Source: Camelus dromedarius (Eukaryota). From it: 64,000 bases of DNA. Where the stretch lies: contig NC_087437.1 in NCBI RefSeq assembly GCF_036321535.1, positions 43,154,001-43,218,000 on the forward strand. The letters run 5' to 3'. The notes beneath the pieces are model-generated. The model did no database searches. It saw only the letters and a list, made by a program, of their open reading frames with translations, and was not told where the DNA came from. The first letter of the stretch is position 1, and each line of letters starts with the position of its first letter. Made by a program: the position numbers and the translations under genes. Shown in pieces: positions 1-13,634 of this stretch.

Positions 1-564
1 GTTTTTGTGTTTAGTTTTACAAAAATAAATTTAAATGTTGCTTCCTTCCATTTAGTATTAATATGCAGCTGGCATGTATTTATAAATGATGTATAAGTAG
101 CTATTTTTTAACTCCTTTTAAACTACAGAGATTTCATTTGATTCACTTTCCTTTCATTTTTATCCCCGTGTGTTCTCAGTGGAAGAAACCATCATTCCTG
201 CATGTTTCAAGTCCTCCTTCCCTGCCCCCGCCCCTGCTCCCCATGAATTTAACACTGTTTCATGCACTGTGTGTTTGAAAACACCATGTTTAGTGAGTGC
301 TGGTATTATCTTTCTGGAAATAGGGTTGAAATTTCCCCAGATCCCACTTAGCTTTCCTCAGCCTGTCACAATTGAGGATGTGGGATTGACTCCAAATGTG
401 GGGATCTACAGGGACAAACTGATGAGCAGTGCTGAGACATGTAAAAGGTGAAGAATTAGAGAAAAGACTAGATTTGATAACGTAGATGTAGCAACACAAA
501 ATATAGTTTCCTTGTCTTCTTTTTCTCACTCTCCACTTTCATGGTAATAAAAAATAATGACTTA

Positions 565-700
565 ATTACAAGTTAATCACTTCCTGTGAGTAAATTATTT
601 GCACTCAACTTCAGATTAAGACACAAGTAATTCCCTTCAGTTGGTTGATAGGATCAAATAAAATAAAGTGTATGAAGGCACAGGATAAACTATAAAGTTG
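565..700 (+). mobile_element. MIR SINE fragment (degenerate)
   Basis: caagttaatcacttcctgtgag...gataggatcaaataaaataaagtgtatgaaggcaca resembles the MIR core and 3' end. Confidence 0.5.
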
Positions 701-734
701 AGAAGGGTGTGTCAAATATTATACTTTGTATTTG

Positions 735-905
735 GCAAATGTTTTCAAATTTACTTATCCTTTTAACCCTAAGAGATATGTATTATTACCATTTTGCAGA
801 TGAAGAAACAGATTCTAAGGATACATGTTAGTAAGTGTCTGTAGGGTTTGATTTTAACCAAGATCCAGCTGATTCCAAAGCTAGTGGTTTTGTTTTCTAT
901 TACAA
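735..905 (-). mobile_element. MIR SINE
   Basis: attattaccattttgcagatgaagaaacagattc...ctgattccaaagct is the antisense MIR core. Confidence 0.8.
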
Positions 906-2793
906 TATGCAAGCGCAAGATATTATTATTATTACTTAATTATATATAACAAGAGTGCCTTATTTTATACAGTGAGTTAAAATTCAAACCTACTAAAACA
1001 GAACATAATTCGGAGTGATTGTTAACTTTTCAAAAGAATTCTTTGCTTTGATGACAGAATAGTGTCTCTTTAAATGGAATTATTCTTCCTAGTGCAATTA
1101 AGATACAATTTGATATTTAGAGACTTCATTTATATACACATTTCCAGAAACGTGGTTTGGCTAAACTGATGTGTCCTGTTCGTGCCTTTTCACTTTGAGC
1201 TCAGGAAGTTGATGAAGCATATTTGACAAGAATAAATGTGGAGGTTAAAAGTCAGAATTGACATTGTGTACTTTCTGTGTCTTCAGGAGAGTGTTGTCTG
1301 AAGTGTACCTGAGTAATTAAGATATAAAAGATGTTTATTGCTCTGATTTACTTATAGGCCATTAGCTTTCCACACATCTGGACTTTGAAGACCTAGGCCA
1401 AAGGAAAATATACTTGTGATGCCCAAAGAACTCAATTTTTAATACATGCTGAAGTGGTCCCATTAGATCTTTGAACTCATGTGATATCCAATATAGAGCA
1501 TATTGGAAGTGATGGTCACTGAATTGGGTTACTGTTTTCTTCTTTGTTAGTTTGAAAATTATATATGGAGAATTTATATGAAATAAGTTTTTCCTAAAGA
1601 AGATATTTAAAATTTGAAAGTTGTATGTAGTTAATTGACTGTATATTCATCTCAATTTGGTATTTTCCTGAATATAACAGTTAAGACCATAACTAAGCTA
1701 TTCTAAAACTTAATCAAGTGAACAATGGAATGATATTCCCAAAGTTTTAAAGGTAAATAATCCCTGATGACTCATACATCTGATGATTCAGAAGTTATTG
1801 TTTTTAATGAAGTTCTTTTTCATTGCAGATAATATATTATTTCATACTGATAGAATTTAATTTGTGTCTCCATTTTAATCCTTTCTGCCCTAGTGTGGCG
1901 CCAGATGAGTTTTGCCATGATGTGAGCCTTCATTATTAGACTAAGGGCCTTTCTCTTTAATAATGGAAAGTCATTTAATAATATATGGTTTGTGTTATAT
2001 AAAAGATAATTGCAGTATATCCAGTGGTTGCTCCAGTTGGAAAATCAATTTAAATAAGTTGCTCCCAATATTACAATAGATACAAAATAAAACTTATTGG
2101 TAAGTACTAATTACGAGACAAAATCATTAAGAACCCTGTGGACAGCAAGAGAATAGATCTGAATCATTTGTTATACATGGTTAATGCATATCCCCAGGTT
2201 TTATGAGCTATGTGAGTTGAGGCTACTAACATCTTAAGAAAATTAAGTGCTAAATGCCTTTTAAATGTATCAATAATCTAAAGTGTTCTAAAAACCATGA
2301 TAAAAATGCTCCCAAGATTCCTACCCAAACTATATTGCTGTGTGTTTTTTGAGGCCTTATATTAATAGATATCACTGCTATTCCTTAATCCTTATATAGA
2401 AAATAGACTGCCAGGCAGACTTCAAATGGAAGAAAAGAAGATACTAGGAACTAATTATTAGAGATACATTGAAAGTCAGTGATCGAAGAGGGTGAGCTCT
2501 AAGTTGCTAGGGCAGGAAGACAGCTGTGTCAAGTAGGAACCCAAATTCAGGAAATTCAGTAAATCAACCTAAAAGTACCAAAATTGTGTGATTCTGAGTG
2601 ACTCTGAAGCAGGGACTGTGATTTTCTGTGTACAAAATGTATATCAAAAAGGTAAGCATGATGAGAGGGTTCACTGTGGATGTGGACAGATCACTTACTT
2701 TTTCTCAGCCTCCGATGTCATCATACTGTTAAAATCAAGTTAATACTCTTCTCACTTGGTTGAGAAGTTCAGGACCTGAAACTCATGAAGTAA

Positions 2794-2812
2794 GTGTGTG
2801 TGTGTGTGTGTG
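2794..2812. repeat. (GT)n microsatellite
   Basis: gtgtgtgtgtgtgtgtgtg read directly. Confidence 0.9.
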
Positions 2813-3689
2813 GAGGAGGAAGGCGGTGGATTGTATCTAGCTATGAAAAAGGTAAAGAGAGGAAGGAGAAAAAGAGATCTAGACACTTCAGTAATCACTG
2901 AACATGTCCACTCGTCGAGGTAGCTAATGACTATTAAGTTATTTCTAAACTTGAAAACATTTTATAAGGAAATGCGTTGAGTTAAAACCCACAGTCAGAG
3001 CTTGTTCTTTTGGTCACAGTACAAAATTGATTTTTCATAGCATAATTCTGGAGCAATACTGAGGTAACTGTGAAGCCAGACATTTTAACTTATTCTTGAG
3101 TTGCTGAATTCAGAGTGTTCTTAATATTGTACTGTGATGAAGAGTCGAACACAAAGTATTTGGATAAAAATAATCAACACAAAATAACCCCAGCGGTTTA
3201 ATCAATGATTTTTTTAATGACTTTCTTTTTTTTATTTTCAAATTGCATTTTCCTTTAAGTCAGAATTACTGTATCGTTAAAGTTTTTTAATTCAAATTAT
3301 GCTCTCTGGGGATTTCCTAAGGATGGTTAATTTTTGTTTTCATCCCTAAGTAAATTTCTGCCAACTTCTAATCATACGTATGCTGCAGCTTCTCAGCCTT
3401 CTCCCAGCCATATGGATGAGCTCAGTAACCTCACTCCAATATCGTGCATGTAAATAGACACTCAAGGACCTCATGTTAAATCTTAATGATGTATGTAATA
3501 TAGTGATGTGTGTCCAGGAAGAGTAATTATCGTGGGTAGGAAAGTGTGTGGCACTGGGACATACTTAACCTATGTATGTTGGATTCTGCTGTGGTTGCAG
3601 ATAAGCCCAAATGGAATCCACAATCATGTTGTTTTGCTCGGATTTGACATAACCATGTTTGTATAGAATCATGATAGGTTCCCCTGAAA

Positions 3690-4367
3690 CAGTGGCTCGC
3701 ACTGTGATCAGACCCAGTAACTCGTTTGTATAAAATCTCTTGTAATATCCTTTTAACTATACTGAAATGAAGCTAATAGATGATATTCTCTACCTACATA
3801 TGCGTTTAAAAACTAATTTTAAAATGATACATACTTTATTATGTAAATGCATGGGTATGGCTTCACTAGAAGATAGATGAGTAGTTAGTCAGATGCTTAT
3901 GCCTACGCATAGAATTGCTCACATAGAAAGGCTAAAATGCAGGCAGTTACGGGCATGCTGTGTTGGAGACAAAGACATTACAAGCGGCTCTGCTGTCAGT
4001 CACCCGATTTTCCAAAATGATAATTGACTCTTGATAATGTTCTGAAAAAGAAAAGACTTCCCTGGATTTACAAATGTATTTGGGGAGAATTCATATTTCC
4101 GTCGCACTGTGACAAAAATAAAATTTTTAAATGTTGATGTGTAAAAAATGAGTTAAATTATGATCTCATATAACTATATGTAGTTTTTTTCACTTACATA
4201 TATGTCTGGCAAGGTGTTTGAAAGGTGTGTGAGATGTAGGGTAATTCTTCACTCTACAGGGTTGTTCTTGAAAGCAGATCATCTAGCAAGTAGTGCCCAG
4301 CAATCAGTGAGAGAGTCTCCCAAATTAAAAAAACAAAAACAAAGCAGTCTAGAGGACACAACCACTG
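3690..4367. mobile_element. hAT-Charlie DNA transposon relic (MER119-like)
   Basis: Begins CAGTGG and ends CCACTG (short terminal inverted repeat). The 3' part gtaattcttcac...agtagtgcccagcaatcag resembles MER20-type ends. No target-site duplication is visible. Confidence 0.55.
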
Positions 4368-6294
4368 TACGTGGAAACTATTGCTCTATACTAGTTTTTA
4401 AATCTGAATTAAATTTCAGGAAATATTAATTTTCTAAGAGAGGTCTAAAATCAAATCAAATGGTAGGGAATGCAATAAGAAGACATGCTACTGTCCAAAA
4501 TTTCTAGATCTTATGGGCGTTCTGCAGTTCATACATAGAAATGTATCTATTTGTGTGGGGTGTGGACCTAGACTGAGTCTGAGTGAGATATTGCTGGCTG
4601 TTTGCCTTGACTTCTCAAAGCTCTTTTCTTGAAGTTTTAAATGACACTACGTGGCATAGTGTATGTGAACATGCTTTGCAATTCTATTATAGAGATTTCT
4701 TTAAATGCTAGCATGAGGATTTGTTAATGGCTTCTAAGAAGGCAATGGAATCCTCTTAATTTATTTACTTCCCTGGGGTAGTAAGTTTAAGTAAGCTTAG
4801 GCAAAGTTAATGATTCGTTATTAGGATTTGAATTTTGGCCTCCAAAAACAATACTGTTTTCTTGGGACTTTGTATTCCTCTGAGTGCTACATGGCTGGGA
4901 GGCAGAGGGCAACTAAAAGGTCATTTACATTTTCTTTTCAATCTTAGTAATACACTGGAATCAAAGAATCATAGTTGTGTAGAGACCCCTTTAATTGTTT
5001 TAGTTGTTGAAATAATGCTGTTTATCAAACAGTAAATATATGCTAGATACTACATTATTAAAGATATTGTAGGCAAGTCTCATGGTTTAAGTCTTACCCT
5101 AACTGGATGTATTAGGGAAACTAATGCTGCCTTCATCCACTAGTTAAAGATTCACTAAATTTCCAATCTGTTTTAAATAGTCCTTACAATCAGTATTCAA
5201 AATTAGTCTTCAAAACCTCATGGACAGATTGCTAATTTCTGAAACAAACTTTTCTTACTGACTTTTCTCTCCCTGCAGTCATGTCAGGGAGTATTTGAAA
5301 AGGTGTTATGTCCGAGACTGGTGAAAGTTGAGTTTCTCCGTTTCAGCACCCTGTTGTCACATTTAGTCCCTGCCCCTTCCACCTGGGTATACCAACTATT
5401 TGTGACTGACATCTGCAGCTAGTACAATTTATGCCCTGCTCTGATAGACCTGATCTGCTCTGGCTGGCTGCACTCACCCCATTTGGCTCCAAGAAAGTCA
5501 GACCCCGGTTTCTGCCCTGATTCACTTCCAGACTCTTCCTGGGGTTCTTCTACATTGTCCTGGTGGGCTACACAGCAAGTTTGCTGGTTCTCAGCTCAGT
5601 ATCCCAGTCATGTTGGCTAGTGCTTGCAACATAGCAAAACCAACCCAAGAGCCCTTCTTTGTCTGACTACTTCTGCTTCTCAGGGCGTGAGATTTAGCTG
5701 TGTTCCAAGGCTGTGTGGGGTAGCCCAGGAGTCAGCTTCTTCCCAAGATTTAAGAGCCTGAATAGCGTAATGGTGGTGCTTGCAACTAGCACAAGCCCCA
5801 TTCTGCTCCTAAGGTTACTCCCGTTTACCTGATGTTCCTCCTTATCTCTTGGACAAACCTGGGAAAGTCAGGACACACATCTGCTGGAATAGTCATTTCC
5901 ACTTCGACTTTTCTTTAGGTTTCCCCAGTATTCTCTGCAGCCAGAAAGGGGAGAGTGGGATTTGGCTGCACAGCCTTTTCCTGTTGGCCCTGCCTAGTCT
6001 GACTGTCATTACCCTAAAGGAGGAGCCAAATTAATTTTGACCCTATTTCTCAAAATAATGATACCTGGTTTGAAAGGCTCACACTTGCAGAAAAATCAGA
6101 TTTTTGACTCTCAAATCCTGAAATTATCTTCATTTTTTTTTTCTTTTTTGTAATCCATGTTTAAAAAATCCTAATCCTCCCATTCTAACTTCCCCATTCA
6201 GTTAGGTGCTTTGGGTGAACTATAATAGAGATCTTGTTCTCAAAAATGCACAACAGGGAAGGACTTTGACAATTTTCGAAATATGTCCCCAGTA

Positions 6295-6450
6295 AACTGA
6301 GAATCCAGGTACAGTGGTGGAGAGGATGGGCGTGATCCCTACCCTCACAGAGTCCACGTTCCACTTGTGGGGAGTGGCTACAAGGTAAGTAAGTATAAAT
6401 AAAATAAGTCGGAAGTAGTGTTACCCAAAAAGTAAATAGAATGTTAATTG
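6295..6450 (-). mobile_element. L2 LINE fragment
   Basis: tgatccctaccctcacagagtccacgttcc resembles antisense L2 'gtccctgccctcatggagcttacagtct'. Confidence 0.55.
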
Positions 6451-6729
6451 AGAGGTTTGAAGAAATTAGGTGGTTCTGGGTTCTTTTATTTATATTTGAA
6501 GAAACTGAGAATTAGAACTTTCAAATATTAATCATTTGGTTACTGAGAGTTAGGATTGGAGACAGAACTCCAGAATCCTTTCTGAACTGAACCCACTTCA
6601 CAGGTGACACTTAAAAAATAATAATAATAATTCTGTCATGAGTGCAAGTCAGACTGCTCTGTATAAAATACAATGCTATAAAAGATTCACAAGGCCTCTG
6701 GTCCAGTTAAACTAGGATGCGCGCCACCC

Positions 6730-7048
6730 CCATCAGAACTTACACATTCCATACCTTTGTGCGTTTTGTTTTTCATTCCTGGAATGTCATCTCCTCTCAC
6801 TTCTAGGCATTATAATTTTTTCCCAGCTAAGACCCATCCTTATTCATGAGTCCGGTTCTGAATACCACGTCTAGAAATAAGCTCTCAGCTCCTGCAGTTA
6901 CCTCATGTGGCCTCTTTCACCTATTGCCTGAATTGCTGTTTGGTTTCCCACTGAGTTGAAATCATTTTGTGGTCCAAATACTGTATACTGTAAATGTGTA
7001 TAGTGCTTTTGCTCACAGTTATCAGTAAATATTTGGTGAATAAATACA
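6730..7048 (+). mobile_element. L2 LINE 3' end
   Basis: ttcctggaatgtc...gctcacagttatcagtaaatatttggtgaataaat matches the L2 tail. Confidence 0.65.
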
Positions 7049-10000
7049 TGAAGCATGTCATGAAAACCCATGATTCCAGATTCCATAGAAATTCCTGGTA
7101 CATAAATGTTTCAAGGACCTCGTAACCTAATTCAGTTAAAGAAGGATATAGTTGCTGCTTCTGTTTACAGCAACATCGAATGCATGCGAGAATAAAAGCA
7201 CAATGAATCATAAACATAGATACATGACTGACTTTCTAAATAAGGAGATGAGAGCCAGGTGTGGTTAGTGAAGGGATCCAAAGGCAGAAAGACACGAGTT
7301 TAAACCATTTTTGAAGTACAGCCTGAACAGGTTTTGTGATGCCTTAGAGAAAGTGCCTGAGGAGAAACTTTAGAAATTGCAGAAGTTTTGTCAAGGGTGA
7401 ACACAGGTTCTATGTAGAGTATATTAAGTTGATAAGCCTGAATGAAGTATTAGCTGGAGAATGTAGAGATTGGGGAGGTGGAAGCTTTGAAGTCTGTGAT
7501 TATATTCAAAGGATAATTGGGAGCCATTGTTGGCTTCTGAGAAGGGGAACTTGAAATAACATTTAGGGAACACTCCTACTCCTATCCTTTGCTCATGCTG
7601 TTTTCCCATCTGGGAGATTTCTTTTCCCTTCTTTCCACCTCTCTTTAGCTCATTTTTCTTCAAAGATCAGTTCAGGCCCCTCCATCTCTGAAGCTTTTCT
7701 GATGATTCTAGTCAATATGCATTCTCTCTGTGTCTTTCCTTTTCTCTTTCTCTTTCATTGTCTCTCTCCCCTCCTCCTCCCCCACTACATTCACTACAAA
7801 ATTACCGCCCTTGTTTACTCTTTCTTCTCAATTTGTAATTGACTCCTTAAAGTATTTTTTAAATTATAGGGTCTTCTTCAGTATTCAGAGGTTCTTGTGT
7901 ACATAGATGGAAAATAAGGTCTCTGCAGGAAACTACCATATATTGTGTTCTTGTACACTCCGTCTAGGATAGATCTAGGCACATGGATGTTTAATATCTG
8001 TCTTCAAGTTGCACTGGGAAGACCTCTGACCCAGTACCAACTCAGAGATAAATGCATTTTAAGGGTTAGCGGGGACTTAGAGTCCTCTCCGAGCTTGTGC
8101 CGGGATCAAATATGAAATCAGTACCAGTGGTTTGTATTGTTCTTTTGACCCTCAGTGGTGTTTCCTAGACTGATCACGTGCTACAGTCACTATACTTGGT
8201 TCTGAACGATACTGACCTGCCTCCAAAGGAAAACAAAATGAAACAACAGCAGCAAATATTTTTTCTAGGTGAAATGTTTTCACTGTTAAAGATTTTTGAA
8301 GAGTTATTGGCTCCTGGGTGGTAACTAATAGACAAGTTAAATTCCCCTTTGCAGAAAGGCTTTAGTCATGTGAAAGCCAAGATTGTCAAGCACAATGCAT
8401 CATTTTTGTAAATGAATACAAAATTAATTTCATTGCTCTTGGGTACATACAATTCCTTGCATACTGTGTATTTAATATATCAGAAATTAGTAGAAGATTT
8501 ATTTTTTCTGGTAGTAATAATAAGTAAAATTTAGTGTACAAATAAATTCAATGTACTGACTATTCTGTCAAAATCTAGCATCTTTAAAAATATCTGGTGT
8601 CATTATGATTCCCTTTATATTTAGTTTCTAGAGATAAGAAATTTTAATTTGAAATCAACGTTTTGTTAAGCTCACTAGTGTTTAAAGAAAGAAATCATTC
8701 TGATACTAACTTGGTAGACATCATTACATCACTTAGGTAGCCACTGTCTTTTTAGGTATAAAAGAAGTAAGCTGTAAACCTTGTTTGTCTGTTACCACTT
8801 CTCTGTGCAGGGCGGAAGTGTGTTTTTACTCAATTATTTTTTAAAAAGCAACAATATATTCACATATGTGGCATAAGGATTAACTGATGAGTATCTGTAA
8901 GGCCCAAATACCATGTGACTGTTGTGTAATATAACAAGTGATCAGTTATGTCTTTGAAAATATAGAATGCTATATAAATGCAAAATATGACTTTTTTCAA
9001 CCACATTTTACCAAAGTACAGAGGTAAGATTGGATTTATCAGATATCTGCAGTGGGTATCAAAAATCCTTGGTAACATACTAGTTTAACTTTTATATTAT
9101 TTTAGAAATGTGTTCGATAGCTGAGATTTGGAAGTGCACAGAAAGCTGCAGAAAGAACCCTGAAGGCAGAGATGAGCTACTTACATTTAATATGAACTAA
9201 AATGATAATACCTTATACTTAAAAGCTAACTTTTTTGCAAGATACTCTGAAGTCTTTAGCTGCATTACCTCTAATCCTCAGAATACATCTGTGAAAATGG
9301 TCTCTGTGAGCAGGGTTTAATGTATTGGAAAGAACACGGACAGAAATAAGGAGGGGTCACTTCTCCATTAACAGCTACTGTATAGAGTGAAAAGTACGTG
9401 CCTGATTTCAGAAAGAGCTGATTACACAACCATCTTCTCTACAGTGGGACAGGTCAATCAGATCAAATATCCTTGCTGTTTTGCGGTACCAAAATTATAC
9501 AAATTTGTGGCCTTAGAGAGTTCTGTTACTCTCTAGATTTCCTTGAGAATTACGATGTAAGTAAGGGTAAGAATTAGAGTTATGAGAAGCTGGCTAAGGA
9601 ATCTTCGAAAGATAATTTTATGGGAAAATAATAAAACAAGTGATTTTTGTCATCTTGAGGCAGTATGAGATGAAATACTGAGGGTCTTGCTATATTGGCA
9701 GCAGTATTATAGGTGACCAGTGAACCATCTGTAAAGTCAGTCTTGTTAACGACTGGGAATATGTTTAACCATGAGTTTCAAGGAGGAAGTGAAATAAAAT
9801 TTACCTATTTACTATGGGAAACAAATGCTATTAAAGCAAATTCCTTCATAGGTTGATGGCAGCATAAATATGTAACTTGCTAGAGATAAAAACAAAGGAG
9901 AATAATGGACACGTAGGAAAATGAAGAATAAATAATCCACCCACATGTATTCAAATCCAACTTACATTTTACAATTGGGCCAGAAAAACAAACATCTGCA

Positions 10001-12364
10001 GGCCCAATTTCATGTTGTATGATTTTAGATTGAGCTCTCTGATACGTATGAAAAGGTTTTCCAGAAATACTAAAATGTAATTAGAAAATAACATTCAATG
10101 GAGATTCTAAATTGTAAGCTCAAACTTTACCAATACTTTAAACACTACATAAAAAGTTACCTCAATGTTAATATGATATTTATAAGTTAAAGGATTCATT
10201 TATTGAAGAAAATGTCCCTAAGCATCACTTTAACAATTTGGTTATATTTGTGTTGTATGGGAACTTTAATTCATATTAACCTTTATTCTCCTGAATTTAG
10301 TAACATGAATTGGATAATTTTTTCCTCTAATACTGGCTATAGGACAGAATAACAGATAAATAATGTTTGGGGTTGAAAACATGGAAAATAATGAACAAAA
10401 AGAAAACAGGAAAGTGTGGTTAGGAGGATGAAAAAAGAAGTGAGTTTACCCCCCAAAAAAAAAGTTTTCTTGGCTTATTTTGGGTGTCTAGGGCATCCAC
10501 AGCAAATATTTTTAGGGTAAGTTGGAGGTCGTGGATTGGAGAACAAGATAAAAATGATTAGAAAACTATTAATATGGAGGTCTTAATTTAATCTATGCTG
10601 CAGAATGAAATTTATAAAGGAATGCAAAAGAACACACTCTAAGGACAGCACCATGGCAGCAGTACCAAGATATAGGAAAATAATAGGAAAAAAACAGTCC
10701 TTGGAAAGCATGAGGAGAGTCCAGAGGAAATTGAATCCTAAAATATCAATAGAGAGTGCTGTGAGATTGACCGACCCTATTAGTGATTTTGTGAGACATA
10801 TTGGTTGCTGCTGATTGATAGTGTTGTAAAACTCAGGAGTTTTTCTCTTTGTGCTGTGAATTAAAAAAGATCAATTGTCAGTAATACTTATTCTTCTATA
10901 TGTTTAAGTCAATGATTCCTTGTAGTCTTCATAGGACAAACTATGACGAGATAAACCACTAAATAAAATTTAACATTGTGTAGAGGCACCAAGCAAGCTG
11001 AAAATGATTTGGACACACGAGGGGCAAGAGGTGTGCTGAAAGCTTGTAAGCATTAATGACAAGGTTTCATTTAGTGTCTCAGTGTGTTTGGTGCATTGGG
11101 ACATATTGAGGGGTACATCATTGAGGGTGTCAACTAAATCAAGATGGGAATTGATTTAACAAGACTTATTTTGCTGTTATGTTGCTGTGCTACAAAAGGA
11201 AGCAGCATTGCACAAGCTTTTGTTAATGTTTGTCAGAGTGCATGGTTGGATAAATAAGATGTGCTTCTGTGCACAGTTTCTGGTATCCAGAATGAAAGCC
11301 TGCCATTGTTGCATAGGCATCATTGAAAACATGACTTGCCTGATGGATTCCCACGTTGACTGTAAATTGCAAAGTAAGATTATTAAGCTAGGGCCCCCAG
11401 CATATGCCCCCGTATGTATGCAATGCTCCTGATTGGGAAATTACTCACATGTGCAATTTTGTGTTGCCTTTTATTGACTATGACACAACACACTTGGAGC
11501 ATTTGCACAACCAATTGCTCCAAAGAATATTAATAAGAAATGAACTCCAAAAGTGGAGAATAGAAATATATTCCCCTGCTAGCCCTCTACTGACGTGTAG
11601 ATAGATAGCTGAGACGTTGAAAATTTGCAGATTTATCAGATTCTACTAATACATTCTACCTATATCTTTATTTGTCCTCCATTTTTTAGTAATGATATTG
11701 AGACTTTTAGCTTTGTTATTTGACACTTTTCCAGAGACTTTTAACTACATATGTGAAGGACTTCCAGTTTTTTTAGTCAATTTTTTTTTAAATTATACAT
11801 TTTATGACCTAAATAAAGTTGCCAATAAATAATGCATTTCAAAATGAATTAACTTTTCAGGAGAAAAAGAGAGAAGTATTTACCTTCAGTACCTAAAGTA
11901 CTTTGAAAATATGATTCTGTAATTTTAAATATTCTATCAAACAGAACATTATTGATACAGTCAGTCCCCAAGTTTCAGAGGAGTTGTTTTCTGACATTCA
12001 TTTGCTAGTCAATTGCTTGGAAGTAAAGAAATGTATATATTTGTATGTAAGAAGTGGTGGTTAGTTTCCCTGGCTCAAAATCCTCCTCAGAACAGTGCCA
12101 CCCGTGGGGATACATTCATACTTGGGTTTTTATTGCTACCTATTTATTTTTCTGAGTTATTGATAAAGCTTTAATGATAAAACTTGGCCTTGTATTTGAA
12201 CCTTTTGATCCTATTGTTTTGCAATGCTATTTAAACTGGTGTGCTACCTCTAAAAGTGTTTGGTTTTGTTTGTTTCTTTTACTCAGACATCGGTGAGTAG
12301 TCCGTAGATTTTCTCCAGACCAGTATTATAGGAGGCATATCAGCAAGCATAAGTCAACCTTGTC

Positions 12365-12555
12365 TACCTCACTTCTTGCAGCAAAACCCTGGGCAATTTA
12401 ATCTCTGACTTTCACTCAGTTTGTCTCTCTATCTATAAAATGCAGAGAACAGTATCTTTATCACAGGATGTCTGCAAACGTTAGAAGGTTTGTGAAGTGC
12501 CTGTCACAGTGCCCAGTGTATGCTGAGATACTCAGTATGTGGTAGCCATTTATTT
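12365..12555 (+). mobile_element. MIR SINE
   Basis: ccctgggcaatttaatctctg...ctcagtttg...tctataaaatg...gtgcctgtcacagtgcc. Confidence 0.75.
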
Positions 12556-13060
12556 GGGATTCTTTATGGTTCCCGTGAAGAAACTAAGTTCCAACTAACT
12601 TGACCAAAATGGGAAATCTATTAGATTATCCATTTCATGAAAAGAGTGCATGATAAAACAGTGGCATTAGACAGGAGCCAATGGCCCTCAGAAATAACCA
12701 CAACCAAAGATTTAAATGCTGACATTTTCTCTTGACCTTTGGTTTCTGCTTGTTTTTGTGTCTTCACTTCAGTGCCTACCTGAATGCTCTAACTTCTCTG
12801 ATGGCATCATGCGAAGATGGCTATGTTAGCCCACAATACCTTCTTTTTCATCTCTAGTTCTTTAAATCTAGGGAAAGGACTTTGAGTTGACCCTGTTGAT
12901 TAAGTGGTCTATTCACTGCTAAACAAATCATCTGTGGCCCAAGAATGGAGTCATTCTGAACTAAAATGAGCATTCATATGGTGACTGTCTGTGAGGAGAA
13001 AATAGACTGGAGTTTCTAGAAGATGGGAGATGGTGCTGAGCAAACAACCCTGTTTCCTAC
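12556..13060 (-). mobile_element. Old MaLR LTR (MLT1K/L-like)
   Basis: ccaactaacttgaccaaaatgggaaatctatt...gaaaggactttgagttgacc...aatcatctgtggccc...gctgagcaaaca resembles old MLT1 LTRs. Confidence 0.55.
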
Positions 13061-13634
13061 ACTTCTAGTTCTTTTCTTTCCATCACCTTCCTTCTCTTTC
13101 TTTTCCTTTACCTGAGAAGAATATGGCCCACTGACAATTGAAAGAACACCAGTTAGACCTGTTTCCTTGTTTCTTATGATTTTCAGCCACAAAAAAAGTT
13201 GCCCTACCTACCCCCAAAATTCCAAATTTCTGCAGTCTAATCATACTTCCATCATTACATTATGGTCATGATTCCCCTACAAGGAGTTCTACAAACATTA
13301 TGGGGTAAACACCTGACAGAGTAATATGTTTCACAGAAGTATTTTTTCCAGATTAGTATATGTTTGTAGTAAAGAAAAAGAAGTCTCTCCCGAAAGCCAA
13401 CAGGCTACTCTAGCCGTAGAGGAAGCCCAAGTACGTACCCGGCTGTAATTACCGATGTTACTCTTCTCATATAATTTAACGCATATGATCAGAAGTAATA
13501 TGACCATATTAGTTTTGAACATGGGGAAAATTAAACATTTCTTGCCAGTTTTTATGCTATCCTCCATTCACTAACATATATTTTAACTATGGTAAAATTT
13601 CATAGCTGTCCATAAAGAAATCTGATGAGAGTCA

